From Pseudomonadota bacterium (GTDB lineage Bacteria; Desulfobacterota; DSM-4660; Desulfatiglandales; B25-G16), in NCBI GenBank assembly GCA_030603345.1, contig JAUVXZ010000003.1:1-46537 (forward strand): a DNA stretch of 46,537 nt, read 5' to 3'. The notes below the pieces were generated by a model that searched no databases, was not told where the DNA came from, and saw nothing but the letters and a program-made list of their open reading frames with translations. Positions 19,390 to 27,611 of this stretch are shown one piece after another (within the stretch, counting starts at the first letter, position 1; every line of letters starts with the position of its first letter). A program made the position numbers and the translations under genes.

Positions 19390-20598
19390 TTATTGACCCG
19401 CGATGGGTACCCAATGACCCCCCTTAATCTCAAACACATGCACGTCCTTGATGCCATCGCCTACGCAGTTGAAGCCCCTGCTGGCCACGCCTCTGAAGTC
19501 CCTGAGGGTAGCCATATAGTACATGAGCTTATCCTGATCCATTTGGAGATCTCCGGGCTTGTTGCTGACACACATGTGTTTGATGGCCTCCACGATCATG
19601 AAGACGGCATCATAGCCGTTCACCGGATAATAATCCGGTGTCGCCGTGTATTGGCTTGTATACATGGTCTTGGCCCGCTTCTTGTACGCCTTAACGAACT
19701 CCTTGCTCTCGGGGGTGTCCAGGTCGATGTTCCAGATGGTTCCAGAAAAGGTCCCTACCACGGCCTTGCCTCCAAGCTCGGGGACCTCCCCTTCCATAAT
19801 GGGGGCTGTGCTCATAAAGGGCTGAGTCATCCCTTGTCTTCGGGCCTCTGTTATAATATTGAGTGCATCAGGGCCCAGGGCGCCCATCCCGACCCCATCC
19901 GGGTTCATGGCCTTCAGTTTGGTAATCTGGGCCCTGAACTGGGTGTCATTGGTCTGAAAGGTCACGGGCTTATCGCCTGTCATGACTTCGATTCCCTGTG
20001 CCTTGAATGCAGGTGGAAGGACCTTGGTGCCCACGGACTTGGAGACGGCGTCCTTGATATCCGTGATGATGGCCACCTTCTTGATGTTGTATCTCTTTTT
20101 CCACTCCCTGATCACAGCCACTGCAACCTTGTCTTCTGTCAGGGTATTTCGAAATGCATAGGGCCGGTTTGCAGCGGCCAGCCCCGGTTTGGAGGAGGCC
20201 ACAGCGATCTGGATGATCTTGAGCCTGTTGCCCAAGGGGAAAGTGGTCTCCCCCACAGAACTGTAATGGGGACCCACGATGGCAAGGACCTTGTGGTCTC
20301 CAGCCAACTTGCGCACGGCGTTCACTGCCTCTTGAGGATTGCTTGCCGTATCCTCAATATATAACTTCAGAGGAACGCCGTTTACCCCTCCCCTGGCGTT
20401 GATCACATCCACGGCCGCCTGGGCGCCGATCGCTTCACGCTTGCCCACATTGGCGCCATGACCCGTGATGGGGCAAACCGCACCGATCTTGATCTCTTTG
20501 CCGGCAATAGGCCCGGCAAAAGAGGATGTATGGAATGCCAGTGTACACAATAGGACGGAAAAAAATACGATTATTGCGGTAGTGGTTTTTCTTCCCAT
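19390..20598 (-). CDS. ABC transporter substrate-binding protein (LivJ/K-like), paralogue of 833..2008
   Basis: Signal peptide, INARGGVNG, FRNTLT, NKPGDLQ shared with the first binding protein. Confidence 0.92.
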   Translation of the reverse strand: MGRKTTTAIIVFFSVLLCTLAFHTSSFAGPIAGKEIKIGAVCPITGHGANVGKREAIGAQAAVDVINARGGVNGVPLKLYIEDTASNPQEAVNAVRKLAGDHKVLAIVGPHYSSVGETTFPLGNRLKIIQIAVASSKPGLAAANRPYAFRNTLTEDKVAVAVIREWKKRYNIKKVAIITDIKDAVSKSVGTKVLPPAFKAQGIEVMTGDKPVTFQTNDTQFRAQITKLKAMNPDGVGMGALGPDALNIITEARRQGMTQPFMSTAPIMEGEVPELGGKAVVGTFSGTIWNIDLDTPESKEFVKAYKKRAKTMYTSQYTATPDYYPVNGYDAVFMIVEAIKHMCVSNKPGDLQMDQDKLMYYMATLRDFRGVASRGFNCVGDGIKDVHVFEIKGGHWVPIAGQ

Positions 20599-20744
20599 GA
20601 TTTACCCCTCCTTTTTTGGGTTTTGGATAAACGGTTTTGTTGCTAGGCCCAGTAAAAGCGATAGCATGAAGCTTCCGTTTCCATCACCTCCTTCCAGCTT
20701 TATTCCACGTTTACTGGATACCTATATTTTAGAGAATAACCCTT

Positions 20745-20772
20745 TGTCAAGGCTTTTTATGATATATTAAAT
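20745..20772 (-). promoter_or_regulatory. Putative -35 box and shared 13-bp motif upstream of the second ABC/UbiD operon
   Basis: TTGACA at 20745-20750 (the -10 is unclear); TGATATATTAAAT at 20760-20772. Confidence 0.5.
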
Positions 20773-20841
20773 TATATATATTTAGCTTTGTTTTTCTTAG
20801 AGGCCTGTAGATTCTTTTAGCAATGGTCTTGACTTTTTCTC

Positions 20842-21009
20842 CTACGCGCTAATGGAAGTTCGGAGCAAAATGGAACGAGAATATACGATGAACCAACCTG
20901 TGGTGAGATTTCTGTTCATGGTTTCTTTGACGTGAGATGCCGGGCGGGTGGGGTCCACCATCTCCACATCAGACTGAATCTCGGCAATGGTTATAGAATT
21001 TGGACTCAT
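20842..21009 (-). pseudogene. 55-aa ORF, possibly an N-terminal relic of a nitrilase/carbon-nitrogen hydrolase
   Basis: MSPNSITIAEIQSDVEMVDP...RNL loosely resembles the first strand and helix of nitrilases; weak. Confidence 0.25.
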
Positions 21010-21054
21010 TCCTTTTTTTGCCTTTTCTTCAACCTTATCCAGAAGCTGGCTGGT

Positions 21055-21114
21055 TTACATGGCCAAATAGGTCTTTTTGATTTGCTTGTCTTCGAGTAGT
21101 TCCTTAGACGTGCC
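21055..21114 (-). pseudogene. C-terminal relic of a LivF-type ATPase
   Basis: Reads GTSKELLEDKQIKKTYLAM-stop; compare the LivF end GSGEELSSNEKVREAYLG in this window. Confidence 0.65.
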
Positions 21115-21156
21115 CCACCTTCGCAAGGGACGAAGCAATCTAAATTTTGCTGAGCA

Positions 21157-22125
21157 TTACCTGATAATATCTGCATTAAGCTGCATCAAATCTTCTTTTG
21201 CCGATGATGCGGGAAAATAATCCAGGAACCTGGCCGCCTTGTCCACATAAAGCCTTGCTTCAGATCGAACCTTTTCAATTACCCCATTGTTTCTGACCAT
21301 TTCAATTATCTTCTCATAATCTTCATCGTAGCCGCTATAAGCTTTGAATAAAGCCTCTAGCCGTTCGATTTCGGTTCCCTTAAGATTGGAGAGGGTATAG
21401 ATGAGCGGCAAGGTGATTTTACCCTTTGTCAAATCCTTTCTGACCGGTTTCCTGAATCCGTCTTCACATGAGGTGTAATCTAAAAGATCATCCATTATTT
21501 GAAAGGCGATACCCAGGTCTAATCCAAATTGACTCAAATGATAGACAGCCTGTTTTTCAGCACCGGCCATTATCGCACCACAGGCACAGGCAGCAGAAAA
21601 CAACACAGCAGTTTTTGAAATAACGATTTCCATATATTCATCTCTGCTTATATGCCAATTACCTCTTTGTACTAATTCTAAAACCTGACCTTCGGCAATT
21701 CGGGTTGTTGTATCAGCCAGGGTCTTTAAAAACTCTGAATTATTACTGGCGGCTGCTATGGCAAAGTGCTTTGTTTTCAGAAAATCACCACCCAAAACCG
21801 CCGCCGAGTTTCTCCAGACATGGTTGGCTGAAGGTTTCCTTGTTCCCATTTCGGCGTTGTCTAAAACATCATCATGGAACAGGGAAGCAGTGTGGATATA
21901 TTCAAAAATGGTTGAAAAATGATAGATATCCTCTTCCTGGTAACCGCATAGCCGGCATGACATAACAAACAAGAGTGGTCGTAGCCTCTTCCCTTCCCCT
22001 AAAAAAGAGTGATTGCCGATAACCTCTGTGAGGGATACGAGACTGTTGAAAGTCCTGCTTAATTCAGCATTGATTCTTTCAAAATGGCCGTTGAATTGGT
22101 CTAAGAGTGTTTTGTCTGATCCCAT
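21157..22125 (-). CDS. Polyprenyl diphosphate synthase (IspB-like), possibly degenerate
   Basis: GKRLRP, DDVLD, AEGQ, KTA, AFQIMDDLLD, GKITLP; the RRG motif is missing. Confidence 0.85.
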   Translation of the reverse strand: MGSDKTLLDQFNGHFERINAELSRTFNSLVSLTEVIGNHSFLGEGKRLRPLLFVMSCRLCGYQEEDIYHFSTIFEYIHTASLFHDDVLDNAEMGTRKPSANHVWRNSAAVLGGDFLKTKHFAIAAASNNSEFLKTLADTTTRIAEGQVLELVQRGNWHISRDEYMEIVISKTAVLFSAACACGAIMAGAEKQAVYHLSQFGLDLGIAFQIMDDLLDYTSCEDGFRKPVRKDLTKGKITLPLIYTLSNLKGTEIERLEALFKAYSGYDEDYEKIIEMVRNNGVIEKVRSEARLYVDKAARFLDYFPASSAKEDLMQLNADIIR

Positions 22126-22235
22126 GAGAGGTTAACCATAAGCCTTGCCATGTTCAATTTTTCCGGGATGCCCAATTTGTAAAATCCCTGGCTATCCATT
22201 CTCAGATAGGTTTGATCTATTTCGATGGTCTTCAT
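22101..22235 (-). pseudogene. Truncated 5' copy of the CoA ligase (44 aa)
   Basis: MKTIEIDQTYLRMDSQGFYKLGIPEKLNMARLMVN is nearly identical to the N-terminus of 10613..12250. Confidence 0.9.
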
Positions 22236-22368
22236 ATCGCCACCCTTTTTTATCTTATCTTGACGTTCCTCTTTTTTGAGGCGAAGATTTATATATGTTG
22301 ATATATTAAATACTAGTTTACTAGCCAATTTTCTAGTTGAACCTTTATGTGGTGTCAAGTAAAAAAAA
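22131..22368 (-). repeat. Copy 2 of the promoter + CoA-ligase 5' cassette
   Basis: TTGACA (22353-22358), 17 bp, TAGAAA; TGATATATTAAAT at 22299-22311; coding stub follows. Confidence 0.9.
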
Positions 22369-22387
22369 CAAAAGGGAAAACATCTGG

Positions 22388-22456
22388 ATTCGCACAATTC
22401 GCACAAGAAGAAATTCGCACAAGAAGGTTGACACTACTACTTTGGTACATTATCCT
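22388..22456 (+). promoter_or_regulatory. Three direct repeats ATTCGCACA(AGAAG) abutting a sigma70 promoter
   Basis: Repeats at 22388, 22397 and 22413; TTGACA 22428-22433, 17 bp, TATCCT 22451-22456. Confidence 0.65.
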
Positions 22457-22526
22457 TACGGGCCAGTATTATCAAGTCTAGTGAGGATACATAGCTAGAA
22501 ATCTTTTATAAGGAGTTTCTGTACTG

Positions 22527-23174
22527 GTGGAGATTAAGAATTATAAGGGTAAGATTGGTTTAGAAGACTATTTTGAGCAGTGCAGGAATTTTCACGGCTC
22601 TATGGGCCCGGGTTTAGTTCTGGGAGGCATGATGGTGGATTGGGCCCTGGAGGCCATGGAACCATCTCAGATATTCAATGCCGTAGTAGAAACGAGAAAG
22701 TGTCTCCCCGATGCCGTCCAAATTCTGACCAAATGCAGTGTCGGCAATGGTTGGTTGAAGATCTTAGACTGGGGTAAACTGGCCATAACTCTTTACGACA
22801 TCAATACACTTGTGGGTGCCAGGGTCCATCTCGACTATGAAAAGGTGGCTGGATATCCCCTTGTGAAGGCCTGGGCATTGAAAGAAAAACCCAAGACGGA
22901 GAACCCGTTAGAGCCCTTGATAGAGGAGATGATCAAGGGTGGGCGAGACATGCTCACTTGCAGAAAAGGGGTTATCGGGACAATTCCGGAAAAGCTTGCT
23001 CCTTATGAGCAGCCCAGACTCTGTTCCAATTGCGGGGAGGCCTTCCGATACGGATCAGACAATATATGTCAAGGATGCTTAGAACCTTTTTTTCAAGGAG
23101 GTGTAATCTCCATCCAATCATCTCAACTTGGTAAAACAGAAAACGGTCACTTCCAGCATTCGATTGTGATTTGA
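22527..23174 (+). CDS. FmdE family protein with C-terminal zinc finger
   Basis: FHG...PGLVLGG, ETRKCLPDAVQILTKCSVGN, GKLA, CSNCGE...CQGC. Confidence 0.85.
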   Translation: MEIKNYKGKIGLEDYFEQCRNFHGSMGPGLVLGGMMVDWALEAMEPSQIFNAVVETRKCLPDAVQILTKCSVGNGWLKILDWGKLAITLYDINTLVGARVHLDYEKVAGYPLVKAWALKEKPKTENPLEPLIEEMIKGGRDMLTCRKGVIGTIPEKLAPYEQPRLCSNCGEAFRYGSDNICQGCLEPFFQGGVISIQSSQLGKTENGHFQHSIVI

Positions 23175-23389
23175 GAATCCGGATAGCGACTGGTTTTTAT
23201 AACGAAATGCTCCCCATTTGAATCAGTTGGTTAGGGAGTTGTTGTGTGCCTCAAAAGTTGGAACAATACGGAAAGCGGGTTCTTTCTGGGGCCGAAATGA
23301 TGCGTAGCGGTTTCTATGGCAGCATAGATGCATGCGGGGATGAACTACGTTCGGGGCAGGAACCTCTGGTTTCAATACGGTAGTCTCAG

Positions 23390-23896
23390 TTAAGCAGCTT
23401 CTGCCTTTTCGAAGACGACCTTTGTACCCAGGCCTTTCGCTACGTTCTCTACGAATTGGGCCTCGATTTTTGCTCGCTGACCTTTGATGATAGCCTCGTA
23501 AATTCGCTTCATTTGACCCACTGCATCTGCATTAATACAATAATGGATACGAGTTATATTAGGGCTGATTTCCTCGAGGTCTAAAATGATGTGCAATTTC
23601 GTTACTGTCCCTGTGGCTATTTTACCAAATTTCTTCAGCGTTTCTCCGGCCTCTGTCTCCCCCCTTGCCTCAAGATGCCGATTGCCCTGTCTCTCGGTAA
23701 TTGTTACCCGAGCCTTGCTGTCGAGGGGTATCAATCCAAGTCTTATGCGAAGATCACAATATACTGTATTCTCATCGATGATTTCATACTTCACCATGGT
23801 AGGGACACAAACTGCGACCGAATTTACGTCGTTAAAAAAACTCCAAACTTCGTCAATTCCCTTTTCTGCAATCAAAATGTTTTCCATCGTAGTCAT
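23390..23896 (-). CDS. SRPBCC/CoxG-like protein
   Basis: VWSFFND...VAVCVP N-terminal pattern and size. Confidence 0.7.
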   Translation of the reverse strand: MTTMENILIAEKGIDEVWSFFNDVNSVAVCVPTMVKYEIIDENTVYCDLRIRLGLIPLDSKARVTITERQGNRHLEARGETEAGETLKKFGKIATGTVTKLHIILDLEEISPNITRIHYCINADAVGQMKRIYEAIIKGQRAKIEAQFVENVAKGLGTKVVFEKAEAA

Positions 23897-23936
23897 CCTT
23901 CATCTCCTTTCAGATTCTCAAGGTTTTCTCTTCCGA

Positions 23937-25517
23937 CTATTCCCACCATGTTTTCAGTCCATGGTCCTCGGCGATGATTTCTGCTGCAATAACACCGGGG
24001 GCACCGATGATGCCTCCTCCAGGATGGCAACAGGCCCCGCAAAGGTAGAGATTGTTGATCGGGGTTCTGAACTCGGCCAATTCTGGCAAAGGCCGAAAAT
24101 ACTCCAGTTGACCCAAAATTAATCGACCCATAAATACGCCCCCTGCCTTCATATTATACAGTTTTCTCTCGATATCCAGAGGCGAAAGGGCTGTTTTCTT
24201 CAAGATGTTCCCATCGGTTAGGTTAGGTGCATACTGACGCCATTTGTCGATACAGAGATCCATGTACTCTCCCTTTATCTCATCCCATTTTTCCGGGCCA
24301 CCGTCCTTTAGATCATACGGAGCAGGTTGCCATATCAGGGCCGTATGCTTGCCTCTAGGGGCTTGGCTGGGATCGAATAGAGTGGGCACGGAACAGAACA
24401 TCCCGAGATGTTCCGGAAGCTTCCCTGCCCTTATCTCAGACCAAAGGAGTCGATAGTCTTCTGGTGTTTCCAGGCCAATGTTGAGCTTAAAGGCGTTATC
24501 TATCTCGGGGTTAAATCTTGCACAGGTGTGAGCAGGAGGTTCATTCAATGCCAGGTGCACACCGAAAATTGAAAATTCATCCAACTTGAAATTCTCTATC
24601 TTTTCAACAAAACTCTCCTCCAGGTTTTCTTTTCCTACCAATTCCAGAAAGGTCTGTTTGAGATCTACAGCACTTGCTACCAATTTATTCGCCCGGTACT
24701 TCTCTCCCCCGAGGATCTCAACGCCTTTGGCCTCGCCATTTTCAACCACGATCTTACTGACATGAGAGAACCCTATAGCCATCCCTCCATTGGCAAAAAA
24801 CGACCGCCATAGGGCATGGGCAAGCACATGCGAGCCTCCTAAACAGATCTGGGAGTGCTCAACTTGGCTGACCATCAGAGGGATAACTGTACCCAGACCA
24901 TGATAATCAGGCACTATCCCTCTTGGAATCGGAAGTTGATGAAGAATGAGGGCCTTTACATGCTCGTTTTCAAAGTATTCATCCAACACATCGTTTGGGC
25001 TCAGTCTTCCCATTCTAACGAAATCAAGGCCCTCCGGGCTGTTCTCTAAAATGGCCAGCTGGTTCGAGGGAGGGTGGGGTCGAGTAAATAAGGCCGGCAT
25101 GACAGCCGCCTCCATGAAACTCGCGTAATTCTCGGTCATCTCCCGGTAGGCCTCAGCATCGTGCTTGGATACACGAGCAATGGATGCACATGTTTTGTCC
25201 AGGTCCGTATGCATGGTGATGGCATGACCGCTTTTCAGGGCGATTCCTGCTTGGACGGGAGGACGATAATACCTGGCGTTGAATTCTTCCAGGTCCAGAT
25301 CAACAAAAGGAGGCATTACGTTGATTGTATCGTGAAAGTAGGAGTGCAGATTATGGAGGAATCCCGGAATGGTGATCTCCTCCGTGCTCAAACCACCTCC
25401 GACCTCCAGCCTCCTTTCAACAATGAGCGTTTTTAGACCAGCTTTTACCAGGTAGTTACCCAATACGAGTCCATTGTGTCCTCCACCGATAATTATGGCA
25501 TCATAGTTTTGCATCAT
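23937..25517 (-). CDS. Phytoene dehydrogenase-like FAD oxidoreductase, paralogue of 14469..16082
   Basis: IIIGGGHNG, TEEITIPGFLHNLHSYF, FRTPINNLYLCGACCHPGGG. Confidence 0.88.
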   Translation of the reverse strand: MMQNYDAIIIGGGHNGLVLGNYLVKAGLKTLIVERRLEVGGGLSTEEITIPGFLHNLHSYFHDTINVMPPFVDLDLEEFNARYYRPPVQAGIALKSGHAITMHTDLDKTCASIARVSKHDAEAYREMTENYASFMEAAVMPALFTRPHPPSNQLAILENSPEGLDFVRMGRLSPNDVLDEYFENEHVKALILHQLPIPRGIVPDYHGLGTVIPLMVSQVEHSQICLGGSHVLAHALWRSFFANGGMAIGFSHVSKIVVENGEAKGVEILGGEKYRANKLVASAVDLKQTFLELVGKENLEESFVEKIENFKLDEFSIFGVHLALNEPPAHTCARFNPEIDNAFKLNIGLETPEDYRLLWSEIRAGKLPEHLGMFCSVPTLFDPSQAPRGKHTALIWQPAPYDLKDGGPEKWDEIKGEYMDLCIDKWRQYAPNLTDGNILKKTALSPLDIERKLYNMKAGGVFMGRLILGQLEYFRPLPELAEFRTPINNLYLCGACCHPGGGIIGAPGVIAAEIIAEDHGLKTWWE

Positions 25518-25732
25518 CTTCCTCCTTTGGCACAGCGATCCGTAAGATCTTTCAGTTCTTTGTAGGTGATCTTCCGGTTCTCATCATAGATCGCCACATC
25601 CTGGGCCCTCCCATGGCTAGCCCGGAAGTTAACCATGAGCCTTGCCATGTTCAATTTTTCCGGGATGTCCAATTTATAAAATCCCTGGGTATCCATTCTC
25701 AGATAGGTTTGATCTATTTCAATGGTTTCCAT
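25514..25732 (-). pseudogene. Truncated 5' copy of the CoA ligase (72 aa), coupled to the downstream oxidoreductase
   Basis: METIEIDQTYLRMDTQGFYKLDIPEKLN...DLTDR matches the ligase; its stop overlaps the next ATG (ATGA). Confidence 0.9.
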
Positions 25733-25960
25733 ATTACCACCCCTTGTTTTGCTTTGTCTTGACTTTCCTTTTTTTGAGGGGAAGATTTAGATATCTTGAT
25801 ATATTAAATACCACTTTATTAGTTTAACCTTTATGCGGTGTCAAGTAAAAAAATTGAAGAGTAAATAATCTAGAAATTGTTCAAATTTCGGATAAGGCGA
25901 ACCCTACCGTCAAGATAAAAAATCGCCCTCTCTCAGTCACAGCTTAGGGTCTCCAGGGTT
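25533..25960 (-). repeat. Copy 3 of the promoter + CoA-ligase 5' cassette
   Basis: TTGACA (25839-25844), 17 bp, TAATAA; motif at 25797-25809; the upstream GATAAGGCGAACCCTACCGTCAAGATAAA block is shared with copy 1. Confidence 0.92.
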
Positions 25961-25981
25961 AGGTTTATTTTATAGTTTTTA

Positions 25982-26013
25982 ATACCCCGTCCGCTTGCGG
26001 CGGGGAGGTTCAT
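25982..26013 (+). repeat. REP / IS200-IS605-end-like palindromic element
   Basis: ATACCCCG-T-CCGC-TT-GCGG-CGGGG-AGGTTCA, resembling the hairpin plus TCA tail of Y1-transposon ends. Confidence 0.6.
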
Positions 26014-26123
26014 CGAGCTATGCTATCAGTCAAAGGTAAGGAAAGAGAGTGTCCGAGACTTGACGCCACCTTCCTGGTTATTTATCATGGGTTTTGGTGG
26101 GTGTGACGTTATTTTGGAATAGT

Positions 26124-26152
26124 TTGACTTGTCCTTAGGGGATTGGTAAAAT
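26124..26152 (+). promoter_or_regulatory. Sigma70 promoter of the racemase-like gene
   Basis: TTGACT, 17 bp, TAAAAT with extended -10 TG; Shine-Dalgarno AGGAAGGAG before ATG 26213. Confidence 0.65.
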
Positions 26153-26212
26153 TTTTTATTATGGAAGTTCAACCAAAAATGGGATTTCTCTACATAGGAA
26201 GGAGATATAAAG

Positions 26213-26914
26213 ATGAAATTAGCAGTTATTCTGCCTGGTGATTACGATGAAGAACTTTGTGAACAAAAAGAAAAGTATCTCAATCACTTTGCTTCTGTTG
26301 GAACACAAATAAAAGCATTTCCATCAGGAGGGACAAAATCAATTCGCAGCCTTATTGATTTTGTGCTCATTGCGCCTGGTGCGGTAGAGCAGGCAATAAA
26401 GGCAGAAAAGGCAGGTTTTGACGGTGTTGCTCTTCAAGGGACGTGAGACTTTGGTATTGAGGCTGCTCGTGCAGCAGTCAATATTCCCGTGGTGGGTTTT
26501 GGTTCAGCCATGTATCATATGGCATATCAGTTAACAGATAGATTTGGGGTGGTGGTTGCAAATGATAAAACAATGCCGGAACTTGTGCGGAAGATAAAGT
26601 CAATGGGCTGTTATGATCGTATGGTGTCCATGATTCCACTTAATTTGCCTATAGAGGAGGCATATAAAGATGAGATAGAGAATAGATTTGTCGAGATAGG
26701 GCGATGTCAAATTGATGAACAGGGTGCTAATTTAATAGCTGCAGGACATGCAACCATGTTAGCTACTATAGGGTTTGGATCGAGGGAGAGAATTGAAAAG
26801 AAACTTGGCGTCCCTGTGCTTGAACCACCTGGAATTGGCATAAAGACACTTGAGGCATTGGTAGGGCTAAAACTAAGTCATAGCAAAAAGGCATATCCAT
26901 CGCCAACCGAATAG
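26213..26914 (+). CDS. Asp/Glu/hydantoin racemase-family protein with in-frame UGA at codon 78 (candidate selenoprotein; alternatively a nonsense pseudogene)
   Basis: ORFs 26213..26446 and 26489..26914 are in the same frame. Read-through gives AEKAGFDGVALQGT-U-DFGIEAARAAVNIPVVG...LSHSKKAYP, 233 aa. Confidence 0.75.
26453..26485 (+). promoter_or_regulatory. SECIS-like stem-loop immediately 3' of the UGA
   Basis: GGTATTGA-G-GCTGC-TCGT-GCAGC-AG-TCAATATT; apical loop 20 nt after the UGA. Confidence 0.5.
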
Positions 26915-26917
26915 CCC

Positions 26918-26965
26918 AGGGTGAGCGTTACATTTCATGGCCTTATGATGGATAAGGATATGGAG
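26918..26965 (+). pseudogene. N-terminal relic of a MoaD/ThiS paralogue
   Basis: RVSVTFHGLMMDKDME versus KVTVKFHGLIMDKDVE at the start of the intact gene at 36475. Confidence 0.7.
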
Positions 26966-27082
26966 TCGCTCCCACGAAAATGAACCCGAAGGGGGTGATA
27001 GCAATTGGAGACTGGATAAAGACGTACTGAAAATTCCAGAAATTTTGCCTAAACAAAGAAGTAGAAAGTGACGGGGGGATTA

Positions 27083-27205
27083 GCGAAGTTGACATTTGTG
27101 TTATTTGGCTTGTTAGGATTTGCCGCTCTGTGATTATTCGCACCGAATATTTTCTTGGATTTACTGGGAGCCGCAGTGTTAGCCGCTGTAACGCTCGTGA
27201 GTTGA
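27083..27205 (+). pseudogene. Relic of a membrane protein C-terminus (possibly a TRAP fused permease)
   Basis: AKLTFVLFGLLGFAAL*LFAPNIFLDLLGAAVLAAVTLVS*: two hydrophobic segments interrupted by stops. Confidence 0.35.
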
Positions 27206-27263
27206 AGGAAGAGACTAATTATGATCATAAATTGGGCATTCAAAAACACGAAAGGAGTGTGAA

Positions 27264-27611
27264 ATGCGAAGAATTGTCTTGGTTGATGAAGTAGATTACG
27301 AGAAAGTGGAATGGGGACTGACAAAGAATCTCGTAGGGCCTCAGACCGTGGGATCAAAGAGGATTAAGGTAAACATAACCGAATACCTCCCTAGCTATGT
27401 CCACAAACCCCACTCCCATCCCAATCAAGAAGAAGTTATCTATATCCTTTCGGGCAAAGGTATTACGGAAGCAGAGGGGATGAGGAGCGAAATCGGCCCA
27501 GGTTCCGTGGTCTTTATTCCCGCAGGGGTAAAGCATGCCACTTTAAACCTGAGTGATTCTAAATCTCTAAAGGCAATAGTAATCAAGGCACCCCCAGCAG
27601 AAGATTCCTGA
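27264..27611 (+). CDS. Cupin domain protein
   Basis: HSHPNQEEVIYILSGKG and VFIPAGVKH motifs; AAGGAG Shine-Dalgarno. Confidence 0.9.
   Translation: MRRIVLVDEVDYEKVEWGLTKNLVGPQTVGSKRIKVNITEYLPSYVHKPHSHPNQEEVIYILSGKGITEAEGMRSEIGPGSVVFIPAGVKHATLNLSDSKSLKAIVIKAPPAEDS

Noticed and set aside
19324-20364. 346-aa plus-strand ORF
   Set aside because: Antisense shadow of the binding-protein gene.
22101-22406. 101-aa ORF as a real gene
   Set aside because: The upstream part merely reads through the promoter; only 22101..22235 is ligase-derived.
14469-25517. Carotenoid biosynthesis cluster (crtI-like genes plus prenyl synthase)
   Set aside because: No phytoene synthase or cyclase, the context is catabolic, and the prenyl synthase motifs are eroded.
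27083-27205. Further UGA codons as selenocysteine
   Set aside because: They lie in a start-less hydrophobic relic with two stops and no catalytic context.
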